NCBI RefSeq assembly: GCF_018350175.1
Contig: NC_058383.1
Span: 23,066,001-23,130,000, forward strand
From: Felis catus
Lineage: Eukaryota
Length of the DNA: 64,000 nucleotides
Direction of reading: 5' to 3'
How positions within the stretch are numbered: the stretch's first letter is position 1; every line of letters begins with the position of its first letter. Shown here in pieces: positions 1 through 12,280 of the stretch. The notes beneath the pieces were generated by a model. That model made no database searches. It saw only the letters and a list, made by a program, of their open reading frames with translations, and had not been told where the DNA came from. The position numbers and the translations under genes are program-made.

Positions 1-43
1 CATGCTTCCAACACCCTACTGCATTAATAAAAGAATACACATA

Positions 44-86
<43 letters not shown>
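44..86. repeat. Compound (TG)n(TA)n microsatellite
   Basis: Seen directly. Confidence 0.95.
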
Positions 87-89
<3 letters not shown>

Positions 90-851
90 ATATATATAGT
101 TGCATAAATACAAAAACTCACATTATCTTTATTATGATTTTTCAGCAAATATTGTGGTGTTTGCACTTTAAGATTCCAAAAAAAGTATACAATGTGGTTG
201 TGTTTGAAAGCAGTTTATGTTTGGTTTTAGAGACAAGAGTTAAGAGATTAGATACTGATCCAGAATACTGCGAAGCGTAACAAATATTAGATGGGTAATT
301 AATATTGACTACTCTTGCTGAAAGAGTTTCTCAGGAGATGGTGACAAGAAAGGCCACCTGAGGGGAGTGCTTTATAAAAGACAGGGATGGAACTTGAGGG
401 GTACCTTGCAGGAAGGGCACAGTTTGGATTGGCATGGGGCACAGTCCAAGGGCCCAGGCGTGGGTTATGGGGGAGAAGAGGTGTAGGAGCAAGACTTTGT
501 TCCCAGAGGGACTACTATCTGGTCTCTATTTGGGTTGGTGAGAAATGAGACAAAAAGTTGGAAAGGTCATAAAGAACATCTGAGAGTGATTGTAGACAGC
601 CTACATAATGTGAGACTAATTTCTTCTAGTCTCCTTCTGTACTGGACATTTTAATTTAAGGATTTTTCAGTCCAGTTGTAACCTAGTTATTCTAAATATG
701 AAGTCATAATTGTCTTGCTAGAAACTCTGATGAGGAACAGTGTTGAACATTTTCAGCAATCACATTATGATATCAAATTTCAGATAGGATATAATCATAA
801 GTGAAATAACTTACTAAGAGCATAATATGTGACTTCCTTCTCCATCCTCAG

Positions 852-929
852 GGCATTAAAATCTTGTGGACCAGGTGGCACTGCTCATGTGAAGTTAGTG
901 GTAGAATGGGACAAGGAAACAAAAGATTT
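852..929 (+). CDS. USP31: USP31 internal coding exon (78 nt, phase 2-2): (R)ALKSCGPGGTAHVKLVVEWDKETKD(F)
   Basis: Acceptor ttccttctccatcctcAG and donor GTgagt at 930. Open frame; terminal TT joins the first C of the next exon to give Phe. Peptide recognised as USP31. Too short to appear in the ORF track. Confidence 0.93.
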
Positions 930-1510
930 GTGAGTATTGTTTTATTTAGTGTTTATAGAATCATCGTTTTAATTACCATTTTTAATAGCATCCCTTTGAT
1001 CCCTCAGATTAGCTGAGACAAATCTCTCTTTTTAGCTAAGTATCCAAGTGGCTTGCTAAGCCTTTAATTAGTTATTTCTTTCCTACACATTTTGTTGTCT
1101 GGATCTCAAAAACCTCAGAACATTTGCTGCTGATGAGACTGAGCTATTTATTCATTACTGTTCAGGGCCAATGATTTTGATTTTGATTATAAGCCCATTA
1201 ACTCTAGTAAATTATGCCAAATGCATGCCTGTAGATACAAAGGACAAGAATATATATTAATGGTTCATGACCAATCCCATGAAAACCAACTCCCAAGTTA
1301 TTTTCAAGAAATAATTTTATAGATAACAGAGCTTTTCAAGACTATTTTGGAACATAGAAAAGTTGGATGACCAGTTGATAACCTGTTTGCTTTTGTTACA
1401 CATTGGTTCTTTTTGGTTATGAATTTATAGTCACATCGTGAAGCTGCAGTTTGGGGGTCAGTTTTGCAAGACATTCTCTGATAAATGCTTCCCTCCCCCG
1501 CCAATTGCAG

Positions 1511-1640
1511 CTTGTTTGTAAATACTGAAGATGAGTATATTCCTGATGCAGAAAGTGTCCGTCTGCAGAGGGAGCGTCATCATCAGCCCCAGACTTGCAC
1601 TTTATCCCAGTGTTTCCAGCTCTACACCAAAGAGGAGCGG
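1511..1640 (+). CDS. USP31: USP31 coding exon (130 nt): LFVNTEDEYIPDAESVRLQRERHHQPQTCTLSQCFQLYTKEER
   Basis: Acceptor ttgcAG (1509-1510) and donor GTaaga at 1641. TLSQCFQLYTKEE matches the USP 'L..C...F...E.L' box. Lies within ORF 1485..1703. Confidence 0.96.
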
Positions 1641-1925
1641 GTAAGAGCCTGGCAGCACTTCTGGGGTGGTGAGGGTGCTAGGGAGGGCGATGTGGCAGGA
1701 TGACACCGGAGAGCAAAGTATGCCCCAGAAAAGTCCCCAGGCGTTTTTCACTCACATAATGGGTGTCTTAGTGCTATTCCTTTTAGGACTTTACAAAAGT
1801 AGTTTAGATTACTAGAAAACCTTGATTGATTGAAATGCTCTAGAAGTGAACCTTTGTAGTTAATTTTTTTTCTTTTTTAACAGTAATATATGTATTATTT
1901 TTTTGTTTTGATTTAGAGATTTTAA

Positions 1926-2150
1926 ACCTTGTTTTTAAATGTTTAATTTTGAGAGAGAGAGAGAGCGTGCACGTGCACACGTGCGCAAGTAGGGGAGGAG
2001 CAGAGAGAGAAGGAGACGCAGAATCTGAAGCAGGCCCCAGGCTCTGAGCTGTCAGCACAGAGCCTGATGTGGGGCTGGAACTCGTGAACTGCGAGATCAT
2101 GACCTGAGCTGAAGTCTAACACTTAACTGACTGAGCCACCCAGGCACCCC
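1926..2150 (-). mobile_element. CAN-SINE (SINEC_Fc-like)
   Basis: Antisense head ...gccacccaggcacccc and (GA)n tract. TSD ttgatttag(a/g)gattttaa at 1908 and 2151. Confidence 0.95.
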
Positions 2151-2224
2151 TTGATTTAGGGATTTTAAGTCATTTCCCCTAGTAACAAAAATAGTTATTC
2201 TTAACTTTTTGGCACCAAAAACAT

Positions 2225-2330
2225 ATGTGCCAGGACCTACTTAAATTCAAACTTAAATTAATTAAAATGAAACAAAATTAAAAATTCTGTTCCTTAGCTA
2301 CATTAGCCACACTTTGGAGTGCTCAGTGCA
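2225..2330. mobile_element. MER3-like hAT DNA transposon fragment
   Basis: acttaaattaattaaaat...aaaattctgttcctt...cattagccaca...gtgctcagt resembles the MER3 core. Confidence 0.55.
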
Positions 2331-2348
2331 GATGTAGATCGAAAGTTC

Positions 2349-2563
2349 GGGGGGCACCTGGGTGGCTTAGTCGGTTAAGCGCCTGACTTTGGCTCAGGTC
2401 ATGATCTCACGGTTTGTGAGTTTGAGCCCCACGTAGGGCTCTGTGCTGACAGCTCAGAGCCTGGGGCCTGCTTCGGATTCTGTGCTTCCTTCTCTCTCTG
2501 CCCCTCCCCCATTCTCTCTCTCTATCTCTCTCAAAAGTAAACTGTAAAAAAAAAAAAAAAAAA
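2349..2563 (+). mobile_element. CAN-SINE (sense)
   Basis: ggggcacctgggtggcttagtcggttaagcg head, (CT)n tract and poly(A). Short TSD gaaagtt. Confidence 0.95.
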
Positions 2564-2866
2564 GAAAGTTAGATCAGAAGGCATGTTTTAGACCACTTAG
2601 TACAGTGCTTTGCAGATTATAGGGACTCAGCAAATATTTGAATAGAAGAGTGGGATACATGAATAAGTCTGTGGATGGGGCCAACGCCTGTGTGGTTTTT
2701 AAAACTCTCTAGGGCATTGCACCTTAAGCAGCCTTGATAGAGCACTTGGTGTTCAGCTAATCGTGAGCTGATGTTTAGTATACTTTTGACTGCTAATTGT
2801 TACTGTTTACTCTTATATTTAGTGAATCTTGCGATTTCCCCGGGTTGGAGGGGACTTTAAAACTCC

Positions 2867-2868
2867 TT

Positions 2869-2916
<48 letters not shown>

Positions 2917-3073
2917 AGAGAGAGACCATGAGCAGGGGAGAGGGCAGAGGGAGAGAGAGAATCTTAAGCAGACTACAGGCTCAGCACGGGGCTTGATCCC
3001 ACGACCCTGGGATCATGACCTGAGCCAAAATCAAGAGCCAGACACTCAACCGATTGAGCCGGTCAGGCACCCC
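2867..3073 (-). mobile_element. CAN-SINE, short older subfamily
   Basis: Poly(T), gagagaatcttaagcag..., head ...caggcacccc. TSD aaaactc on both sides. Confidence 0.9.
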
Positions 3074-3400
3074 AAAACTCGTATTTTCTAATGGTTGAGT
3101 TCTTCTGCCTAATTTCAAATAGGTGATTATCCAGCTGCTATTTGAATACCTTAGTTACGAGGCATTTCTGTACTCAGGAGACACGCCATTTCCTCCCTGG
3201 ATATCTCTGGTGGTCCCCGAGGCTTCTCTGAAATATGCCCCGGGTTACTGCAACCAACACATTCATTAAGGATATGTGATGACAAGTCCTGATTTTCTTC
3301 CACTTGTCTATCCTTTAAATATTTGAAAATACTTTTAATATTCTCACAGTCTTTTTTCCCCCAAGCTATTCATAGCCAACTCCTTTAATAATAGTTTTTC

Positions 3401-3606
3401 TTTTTTTTTTTTTAAGTTTATTTTTGAGAGAGAGAGAGGGAGAGAGAACCAGTGCGGGAGGGCCAGAGAGAGAGGGGGACAGAGGATCTGAATCGAGCTC
3501 TGTGCTGACCGCAGAGAGCCCACTGTGGAGCTTGAACTCAGGAACCTTGAGATGATGACCTGAACTGAAGTCAGGCACTTAACCGACTGAGCCACCCAGA
3601 CATCCC
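3401..3606 (-). mobile_element. CAN-SINE
   Basis: Perfect 15-bp TSD taataatagtttttc at 3386 and 3607. Confidence 0.95.
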
Positions 3607-3685
3607 TAATAATAGTTTTTCATAAGACCTATTTTTTTTTTCTTCCCAGTTTGGAGCCTAATTATACAATAGGCAGTTGGCTTTA

Positions 3686-3927
3686 TTTATTTATTTATTT
3701 TTTATTTTTTATTTTTTCAACGTTTATTTATTTTTGGGACAGAGAGAGACAGAGCATGAACGGGGGAGGGGCAGAGAGAGAGGGAGACACAGAATCGGAA
3801 ACAGGCTCCAGGCTCCAGACTCCAAGCCATCAGCCCAGAGCCCGACGCGGGGCTTGAACTCCCGGACCGCGAGATCGTGACCTGGCTGAAGTCGGACGCT
3901 TAACCGACTGCGCCACCCAGGCGCCCC
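3686..3927 (-). mobile_element. Young CAN-SINE (SINEC_Fc)
   Basis: CpG-rich body. Perfect 16-bp TSD taggcagttggcttta at 3670 and 3928. Confidence 0.97.
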
Positions 3928-3990
3928 TAGGCAGTTGGCTTTAAAAACAGGTTGATGGCAGACTCTGTGTGGTACCTCGTCCTATTTGGG

Positions 3991-4030
<40 letters not shown>

Positions 4031-4159
4031 GAGATGTTTGAGAATGGCCCAAAGCTTAAAACTGAGTTGATCTACTAGATGACAACATTGGTATTCCACA
4101 CAACATCTCATTGACCTAGAAGGTTAAGTTCAAGCTAGCAAGATACATTTTAGTAGGGA

Positions 4160-4480
4160 TTCATTCATTCAGTAAATGTTTATTGAGTACATACTGTGCA
4201 CTAGGTGGTACGCTTAGTACTGGGGATATAACAGGGACTAAGCCAGGCAGTGTTTCTGACCTCAGTCTGTTTGGTGGGGATAAATAAGTAAATAAAGCAA
4301 GCAAGTTGGCATGGTTGAAAAACAGGAATGAGGCCAGTGTGGCTGGGACACAGCAGGTAAGGGAGAGAGTTGAGAGAGTCTGTTCTGGTCATAAAATAAT
4401 CCCAGTATCTATAAGCCATGCCTGGCACATAGACAGGGATTCAGTGAGTCCACACTAGAATGAATGCATAAATGAATGTT
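4160..4480. mobile_element. L2 3'-end fragments
   Basis: attcattcattcagtaaatgtttattgagtac and gcctggcacatag...tgaatgcataaatgaat are L2 tail motifs. Confidence 0.6.
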
Positions 4481-6287
4481 ACTTGGGAAGTTCAGTCATC
4501 GGGTCCAGAAATACGACAGGGACACGGAAGAGGAGACAGTGAGATTCAGCAGCAGGCTGTGAGATGCTAACTTGGGGATTTAGATGTCTGCAAGCTCAGT
4601 ATTGATCAGCAGTGTCACGTGCCAGCCACTGTCAGCTGCCTTAAGGATGCTTTAAAACAGTGCCCAGAATTCAGATGGTGATAGCACCGTTCTTTTCATT
4701 ACCTTAAACGCTCACTCTTTAATAAGAGACTGACAAACCGGGGCACCAGAGAGAGTGGATAGGGGCTGGTGCATCTGGAAACCACGACATGCTGAATTTG
4801 ACAGAGGAGGCCTTGAGTGGGGATCTAATAGTTATTTTTAGGCACTTCAAGGACCGGCTTGTGGATAAGGGATTGGACTTAATTTTATCTGAAAAGCAGA
4901 ACCTAAAGATTGGAAATTACAGGGAGAGTGAATTTGTCTTAATATGAGGAAGAACTTTGTGACAGACAGTCTGAAAATGGAAGAGCTGCCTACTGAGATA
5001 GCTGCCCTTCATCTGCTGGTCAGAGTCAGCAAGACCAGCGGTGCTCAATGTGGTGCTCAATGTGGTCGGCAGGGCCAGGAGCTCTTTGTAGCAGTTTACA
5101 ATGAGATAAGTACAGAAATCAGAGACGTTTTCGAAGCTGTCATAGCTCTTAGACATTGTCAGGTTGTTCTTATTGTATCTTATAAAAGTATCTGTATTGG
5201 AAATTGACAAAACAGACTACAGCCTGCTCCTTTACCACACACGCTGGGCTGGATGGCCACATACATAGACTATTAATAAGTCACACAGAGATGCAGACTG
5301 ACCAGATGACAGTTGTGGGTCTCTGCCAGCGTTAAGTGTCTGAGTCACTTCCATCCACCCAAACTTCTGTTTTTCCCCATGTTTCCTACAAATGTGATTT
5401 GGTCTTCCTGCCACGGGGGAAAAAAAACAACAACCCAGTCTGCTTCCTTTTCCTGTTACCATGCCTGCCTTTCTCCTCTTCTTTTCTGCCTTATTCCCTA
5501 TTAGTGGTTTCAGCTCTTTCCCTCTCTCCATCCCACTTGCACTTCTGACACTGCCCTCTGAAACTCTCGGTGGCCCCTGGTTTGCTCAGTTCTGTGGCCT
5601 TTGCTCCATCATCATCTGACCTCTCCGTGGGATCTTGCCATTCTCTCTCCTTGGTATGCATCAGAGGGAATGCTTCTGATTTGCCTATTTTTCTGACTAT
5701 GCATCCTCAGGCTCTGGTGGTTTCTCAGCTTTAGTATTTCACTTAAAAAAAAGAGGCATTCCCCAAGATTCTGTTCTGTGCTTCTATCTGTTCCATCTCA
5801 GTAGGCATGGTCATTCCTTACCTCATCATGTTGATAGTCCCTGATCTGGTGCATCTTCTGAACTCCAGAGGAGACTTAAATCTCTCATCAGACATGCCTC
5901 ATGGGCATACCTCTAACTGAATAAGTCCCCTTCCTGAAACCCTCACCTGCAGAGATGACATATGTGGACTTGAGGCCTCAGATTGACGTTCAGAAAGACC
6001 TTGTTGGTAGCAGGATGGGGGAGGATTGTTTGGAGTGGGTTAGTGCTTGGGAGAGAGAGATCAGATAGGAGACTCCGAAGTCCAGATGAGAGCGAGGGTA
6101 GGGACTCTGAATTAAGGCCATGTTAGTGGGAATGGAGTGCAGGAGACAGGTGTGAGATGTGGCAGGCAATTACTTTGGGTAGATGTGGAACGAGAGGAAG
6201 AGGGAAGGGTTTGAGGGTTTGGGATACCTGTCCGCCCTGCCGGTTCTGCTTTTGGTGGGTGGCAGTAGTGTTTGTTGAGGTATGACA

Positions 6288-6364
6288 TGGAGGAGGAGGG
6301 GGAGGGAGGGGGAGGAAGGGGGAGGGAGGGAAGGAGGATGGGACAGGTGGAGGAGGAGGAGGAC
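6288..6364 (+). repeat. Purine-rich (GGA/GGGA) low-complexity tract, G4/triplex-prone
   Basis: Almost pure G/A run ~330 nt upstream of exon 6693. Confidence 0.8.
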
Positions 6365-6692
6365 AGTATATTGATGGAAGCACAACAGGTTGAGTTTGAG
6401 AATCTGTGGAATTTGAGGTTCTTCTGTGATGTGGAACATCCTCTGTGTAATATTTACCTGTTCAGTCATGCATTTTTGAGAGATGATTTATTCAGCAAAT
6501 CTTTGGGTGCCAGCTCTGGCCAGGTGCCGCTTTTGATGGTGTTTTCCATTGACTCTGCATCCTATGTATGTGGTTTCCCGAGAGATCCGAGTTGTACCGT
6601 GCCCTGACCAAGAAGTGGGGGCCGCGGCCTCCTATAAAAGCCTCGCCTGAGGTGGTGCGTAACGGAAGTCGTGTCATGCTCCTTGTTTTCAG

Positions 6693-6812
6693 CTTGCCCC
6701 GGATGACGCCTGGCGGTGCCCGCACTGTAAGCAGCTGCAGCAGGGGAGCATCACGTTAAGCCTCTGGACTCTGCCTGATGTGCTTATTATCCATCTGAAG
6801 AGATTTCGACAG
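6693..6812 (+). CDS. USP31: USP31 coding exon (120 nt, phase 0-0): LAPDDAWRCPHCKQLQQGSITLSLWTLPDVLIIHLKRFRQ
   Basis: Acceptor ccttgttttcAG and donor GTaagg at 6813. Carries the WxCPxC zinc-ribbon half-site and the LPxVLIIHLKRF USP box. Confidence 0.97.
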
Positions 6813-7299
6813 GTAAGGATGTCCTCTGTCACAGTGAGAAAAGCTGTGACCAAGTTTCTCATGCCTCTGCTGTGGGCTGCATGGGGGTCCTTCGGTGTCC
6901 CTGTTGGATCCAGCGTCCCTGTCCACGTTGTTACAGATGCCTCTGCCCCAGTGTCTGGGGTCATGTTTGTTCTTACCCAAAGCAAAATTTGAGCATCCTG
7001 TGGCCTTTTCAATTCAAAACATTTTAGTTCATACTGCAGATGTTTTACTTTGTTCTTGAGGATTTGCTTTAGATTTGAAAATGTTGTGCTTTAAATTTTG
7101 GTAAGTGTACTTTAGGGTTAAAAAAACCCACGGAGCTCCTTTCTGGGGCAGGTAGAATTCTCTTTGTACCTAAAGTAATAGCAGGTGTTACCCTGCTCCC
7201 AGAAGCGGTCACATAGTTGGGAAGATGACTCGTAAATATATGCAGAGAAAATCTGATGTGAGTTGTATTGCTCCGAGTCAGTTTTTCCCAAAAGGCTGT

Positions 7300-7900
7300 G
7301 TGTTCCCTGAGGTTAGGGTTGTCCTGAGCAGGCCCCACTGTAAGAGAGGGAAATGAGAGGGAAATGTTCAAGGAGTCTCTCAGGCCTGGCTTTAAGGTGT
7401 GTATCTGAAAGATTAGGAGTAGGCCTCTCCCAAGTGAGGTGGGGGCCGTGCTGCACACACACGGTGGCAGAGGGAGCCATGTGTGCAGAGCCCTGAGCGG
7501 GGCAGCACGTGCAAGAGACTGACAGCACACCGGTTTGGCTGGAGCTCCAGAGGGTGGGGGAAGGGCAGGGGCTGGTTGTTCCTCGTGGGCAGAGTGGGAT
7601 TCTGATAAAGGGTTTTAAGCAGAGAAGCAACATGGCCAAATCTGTGTTTTGAAGAGACTATTCTGGCTGCTGTGTGGAGGATGGGAGGCCACATGAATGA
7701 AGCTAGGGAGATCTGAAGGGAGCCGATGCAACCATGCAGGGGCGGGATGCTGGTGGCTTGTCCGGAGCAGAGGCTGTGGAGAAAAGACTGGAATAGATCA
7801 ACAGATGTTTAGGATTTGCTGATGAAGTGGGAGTGTCTGGGGTGACAGGCACAGGATCCCTAGGTTTTTAATCATAGTAAAGAGTGTCCCGACTGTATGC
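7300..7900 (-). mobile_element. L2 fragment
   Basis: gggttttaagcagagaagcaacatggccaaatctgtgttttgaagagactattctggctgctgtgtggagg is L2-like. Confidence 0.6.
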
Positions 7901-9074
7901 AGATAGCTGCTGTATGCAGATAGCCGAGGTTCAGAGCCCGGCCTTCTTCCACACACAAGCTGACCGATTTCCTTTGCCTTCTGTTTCTTTAGAAGAAATG
8001 TCCTCACCCTTCCAGCACCCAGATTCAAAACTGCAGTGTTGTTTTCGACTTCTTTCTTGTCCCTCCCATGTAACCAGTCATCTCTTCAGCTTGGTTGTGC
8101 CTCTGCGTTGCCTCCTGTGTGTGTCCCCTTGTCCCCATTCTTGCTGTCAGCCTGCCCGTTCAGACTTGTGATGCTTTCTAGCTGGTTGCAGTCACGTTGT
8201 CTTCTACTTGATTTCTTCACTTAAGCTGCTCCTCCCTTTGTGTCCCGTGCTGTGCACTGCTTACACAGCTTTGATGATGTTCCCTCCTCCCTCAAAGCCT
8301 CAGTGCTTGACTGCACAGCAAGGTCCAAATTCTCTGGTCTGACTTTCCTGACCATCCAGGGCTCATCCTCCCTTTCTCTTATGAACGTTTTCCTTCTCTT
8401 AATAGATCCATGGCTCCATGGGGTGGGTGTTATCCATGCCCAATTAATTTCCTAGAGCTCCCACGGACACAAGAAACATTCAGAAAATAGCTAGTGAGCG
8501 GACAGTTGGATTTCAGAGGATTTGCCCGTGGCCTTAATGGAAGATACAGATTACCCGAGATTATCAACTAAATGAATTATTATCAACTAAATGAATATAT
8601 TATTAAGTCAATGTTAACTGTTACTGTGCTTGTTGGAGGAGGTGGGGAGGAAAAGGGTACACTACTTATCTGGTGGCTATTCTGTGCCAGCACTAACTTT
8701 GTCTTTCATGTACAGTTTTACTCCATTACTTTTCATGCCTCTTTGACAGAGGTATCATGATGAAGTGCCCAATACTGTCAGTTTGTAAGTTAAAAACCTA
8801 AACTCATCTATCAGATAAGGAAATGGAGACTCCGAGAGGCTCATCACCCCTTATATGTAGGTCATTGCTTGTTCTGCTTTGAGTAGTATTAAAACTTGTT
8901 CCTCCAGATAGTTAAAACTGTTAGTGTGTTTCCTTATTTTGTACGTATCTTTGGAAACCATCAGATCGGTAATTCAAACCACTTGAGCTGTGAGGGTCCA
9001 CATTTCACGCAGAATTGATCTACCATCTACTTGCATGAAAATATCATCAGAACTTGTTTTTCTTCTTGTAACAG

Positions 9075-9300
9075 GAAGGAGACAGGCGTATGAAACTTCA
9101 GAACATGGTCAAGTTCCCCTTGACTGGCCTGGACATGACACCTCATGTGGTTAAGAGAAGTCAGAGCAGCTGGAGTTTGCCATCCCATTGGTCTCCATGG
9201 AGACGGCCCTATGGACTCGGGAGGGACCCTGAGGACTACGTCTATGACCTGTATGCTGTGTGCAATCATCATGGCACCATGCAAGGGGGGCACTACACAG
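9075..9300 (+). CDS. USP31: USP31 coding exon (226 nt): EGDRRMKLQNMVKFPLTGLDM...YDLYAVCNHHGTMQGGHYT, containing the catalytic His box
   Basis: Acceptor ttgtaacAG and donor CAG|GTctgc at 9301. YDLYAVCNHxG...GGHY is the USP His box. Phase 1 end matches the next exon. Confidence 0.97.
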
Positions 9301-9834
9301 GTCTGCAGTGCGAGAGGCCGGGTGTCTGTGCTGACCGTTCCTTCAGACATGTTTTGCTTGTGACAGGGCTACTTTTGCTTTAGAACCTCACTTTCTCTTC
9401 TAGTACGCAGTCTGCCATCTTTAAGGGCAGTTTTCATCTGCTGGATCTCTGTCCAAGAGCAAATAAATGCAAATTCTTCCTTCTCTTCCTGAGTCGGACC
9501 ATCCAGTAGCTGTGTGACCTGACTGGGGAGTGGTGTGTGCAGGTAGATCATGTTGTCTGGGTCACTTTGGTTACGTCACCCCCACCGCCATTTAGGGTTT
9601 CACTCCACTCCTTGAGGTTCTCGCTTCTCCCTTATTTGGAGTGATTAGATGAACCGGTTTTATAGTGTCTTTAAGGTGATTTGGAAGAATTTTTTCTTTT
9701 TGTTTTAAAGCTAAATTTATCTTTTTCATTTTTAAAAGGGACTGTTCGTTATATGAAATTTATCCACGAGAGAGAACAGTACCATCATCCATGGGCTCAT
9801 CACTCAAAAATAACCATTGGTAACATTTTTAAAA

Positions 9835-10215
9835 AATGTGATAAATATACATATCAAAATTTACCATTTTCACCTTTTTTACGTGTATGGTTCAGTGGCG
9901 TTAAGTGCATTTATGTTGTAGTGCTGCCCTCAACACCATCCATCTCTAGAACGTTTTTCTTCTTCCCAAGTTGAAACTCTGTTAAACAGCAAGTCCCTGT
10001 TGCCTTTCCCACCCTCCCCCCCCACCCCTGGCCACTACTGTTCTGTCTCTATGAATCTGATTCTCTTGGAACCTTCTATAAGTGGAACCTTGCAAGTATT
10101 TGTCCTTTTGTGTCTGGCTTACTTCACGTAAAGTAATGTCTTTAAGATCCACCCATGTTACAGCACGTGTCAGAGTTTCCTTCATTTTTAAAGCTGAATA
10201 ATACTATCCCATTGT
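9835..10215 (-). mobile_element. Old L1 (L1MB-like) 3'-end fragment
   Basis: aaaatttaccatttt...ggttcagtggcgttaagtgcatt...ttgtccttttgtgtctggcttacttcac matches an antisense L1MB 3' UTR. Confidence 0.8.
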
Positions 10216-11902
10216 ATGTAGGTAACATTTCTTCCAGTGTTTTTCTGGACGTTTTGGCCATTATTTTACACTATTGTGGTTGTGCTGGTATGTTCTGTTT
10301 AGGTGAGCATTCATGGGGCACCTCCCGTGTAACTTGCACTGGGTTCACATCAGAGGCACATCAGAGATGAATAGGCCTCAAACTGTGTCTTCTAAGAGTG
10401 TAATCGAGCAGGGACATATAGGACCACTTGATATGTCAGATCAGTAGTGTGTAATAGGTTGTGTGGTGCACAGAAGTGTACACAGCGGGAAGAGCAGGGG
10501 GCCAGTGGAGAGGGTGGTTAGAGCAAACTGGAGGCACAGGAGAAGCTGATGGGATAGTGGCCTGCACTTCAGGACTGTACCTGCTGACAGGAAGACAATA
10601 AAAAAGTTCCAGAATCAGAAGCGTGGTGAGATGCGAGGGGTGTGTGTATGTCCCTGCATCCCAGTCTTCACACTTACCTGTTGTAACAGGAGTATTCAGT
10701 TGTCTATGCTTAATTTGTATACACACTACTTTTTAGGACCACAGGATATTCTGTTGGTGGAACTCTAATTTTATATAACTATTTCCTGTTGTTGAACATA
10801 TCTACTGTTCCTGCTTTCTAACTTTGACCATAACACTGATGAACATCTTTTAGTTTACATTCTAGTTTTGTATTTCCTTGAGATGGAGTCTCAGAATTGG
10901 AATTATCCGTGATGAACATTGGGGAGGCATGCAGGCGTGGGGGCTCTTCCTTGGACATTCGTGTGTGTGGGGAGTCCATGGAGGGCACTGCTGTTAGTCT
11001 GGCCATCTGTGGGGGTGGGCGGCCAGGACTCGGAGTTTTGCTTCCCTCACACTCAACACTTCCTTTCTTCATGAACTCAGTGCCTCATGCTACAAGATTC
11101 TAGGGTACCAGTGCTTCATAAAGGTCGGGGGTGGGGGTAGAGGAAGTCTGGCTCTACCAGCTGGTTTTTCAACTGTGTGGAGTTCCCTAGCAGTCAACCC
11201 TGAGACCTCCCTGTTGGGCTCCCAAACCCCTTTGCTGGCACATTCTCTCAACCTGCTTTCCCCACGGGATGCAGGAGACAGGGAAGGTGACTGGATATAG
11301 TAATCTTATATTTTGGGGATGTGAGAGGAATGGTCCCAGCTTGGAGCATGTCTCATAGTGGAGCGGTTTGCTTTGCCTCTGCTTGCTCTAGAAGCACGCT
11401 CAAGGAGAGGAACGAATGAGATTGAGAAGTATAAGTCCCCAGAAGACAGAGTTAATATTAATTAAACGTTTAGATATATTTTACCTAGTATTTTGGCTTA
11501 AACCAAATTTAAAATCTGGTGAGACTGTATTTTGGTCTTGCATATTTTGTATTTATATTTGATGGGACCCATTTATATAATAAATGTCGTGTGTCTAATT
11601 GGATGTTTGCCTTTGGGGTGTTACCAGTCATATCTATGTTCTTTGATACTGAGTCATAGAATTACACGCCCAGGGACTCTTCAGATGGAAAGGAACTTAG
11701 AAATGGTTTAATTTCACTGGTTAGCTGGTGTGGTAACACCTTTGCCAGCATCCCTGGTTGGTGTTCGTCCAGCTTCAGCTTTGGTAAAGAATGTGTCTTT
11801 CATTTATAATATTGTTTCTCAGGAAAGTAATGCAGTTTCTAGCAAGAAATTGTTGAGAAAAATGGGACAGTGCTGGATTTTAACCTATCATGTTATTCTT
11901 TA

Positions 11903-12061
11903 AAAAAAAAAAAAAGTGAGGCATGAGCTGGGGCAGAGGGAGAGAGAATTGTAAGCAGGCTCCACACTCCATGCAGAACCCAAGGCAGGGCTTGATCCTA
12001 CGACCCTGGGATCATGACCTGAGCTGAAATCAAGAGTCGGACACTCAACCAACAATACCCC
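11903..12061 (-). mobile_element. Short CAN-SINE
   Basis: gagagaattgtaagcaggctcc...gatcatgacctgagctgaaatcaagagtcgg. TSD tcatgtta(t/a)tcttta. Confidence 0.88.
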
Positions 12062-12124
12062 TCATGTTAATCTTTATATAGAGAAGACTTTGGAAAATGC
12101 CTGAAAACCCACAGGTACTTTGGA

Positions 12125-12280
12125 GGCAGCATAGTTTAGTGAAAGGAACGTGGGCTAGAGGCTAGACACCTCTTCAGAGCTCTGTGACCTACAGCAGGTA
12201 ATCTTACTGGAACTTGGTGACCACGCCCGTGCACTGGAACCGCTCATGCCTGCCTCTCAGGGCCTGTGTTACCTAGGAAA
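12125..12280 (+). mobile_element. MIR fragment
   Basis: gaggcagcatagtttagtgaaaggaacgtgggctagag resembles the MIR head. Confidence 0.55.

Noticed and set aside
2..280. 92-aa ORF at the window start
   Set aside because: Runs through a (TG)n(TA)n microsatellite and shows no USP31-like peptide. It is intronic.
2349..2440. tRNA-like sequence with A/B boxes, also at other SINE heads
   Set aside because: These are tRNA-Lys-derived CAN-SINE heads followed by (CT)n and poly(A), not tRNA genes.
3984..4031. ~32-nt poly(T) flanked by atttggg, read as a tail-only retroinsertion
   Set aside because: The 7-bp flanking match is too short to separate from chance or slippage.
6123..6607. Pro-rich and Glu/Gly-rich ORFs
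   Set aside because: They are products of the GGA low-complexity tract and L2-like flanks.
7069..7694. 153-aa and overlapping ORFs
   Set aside because: They overlap a decayed L2, with no recognisable domain or splice support.
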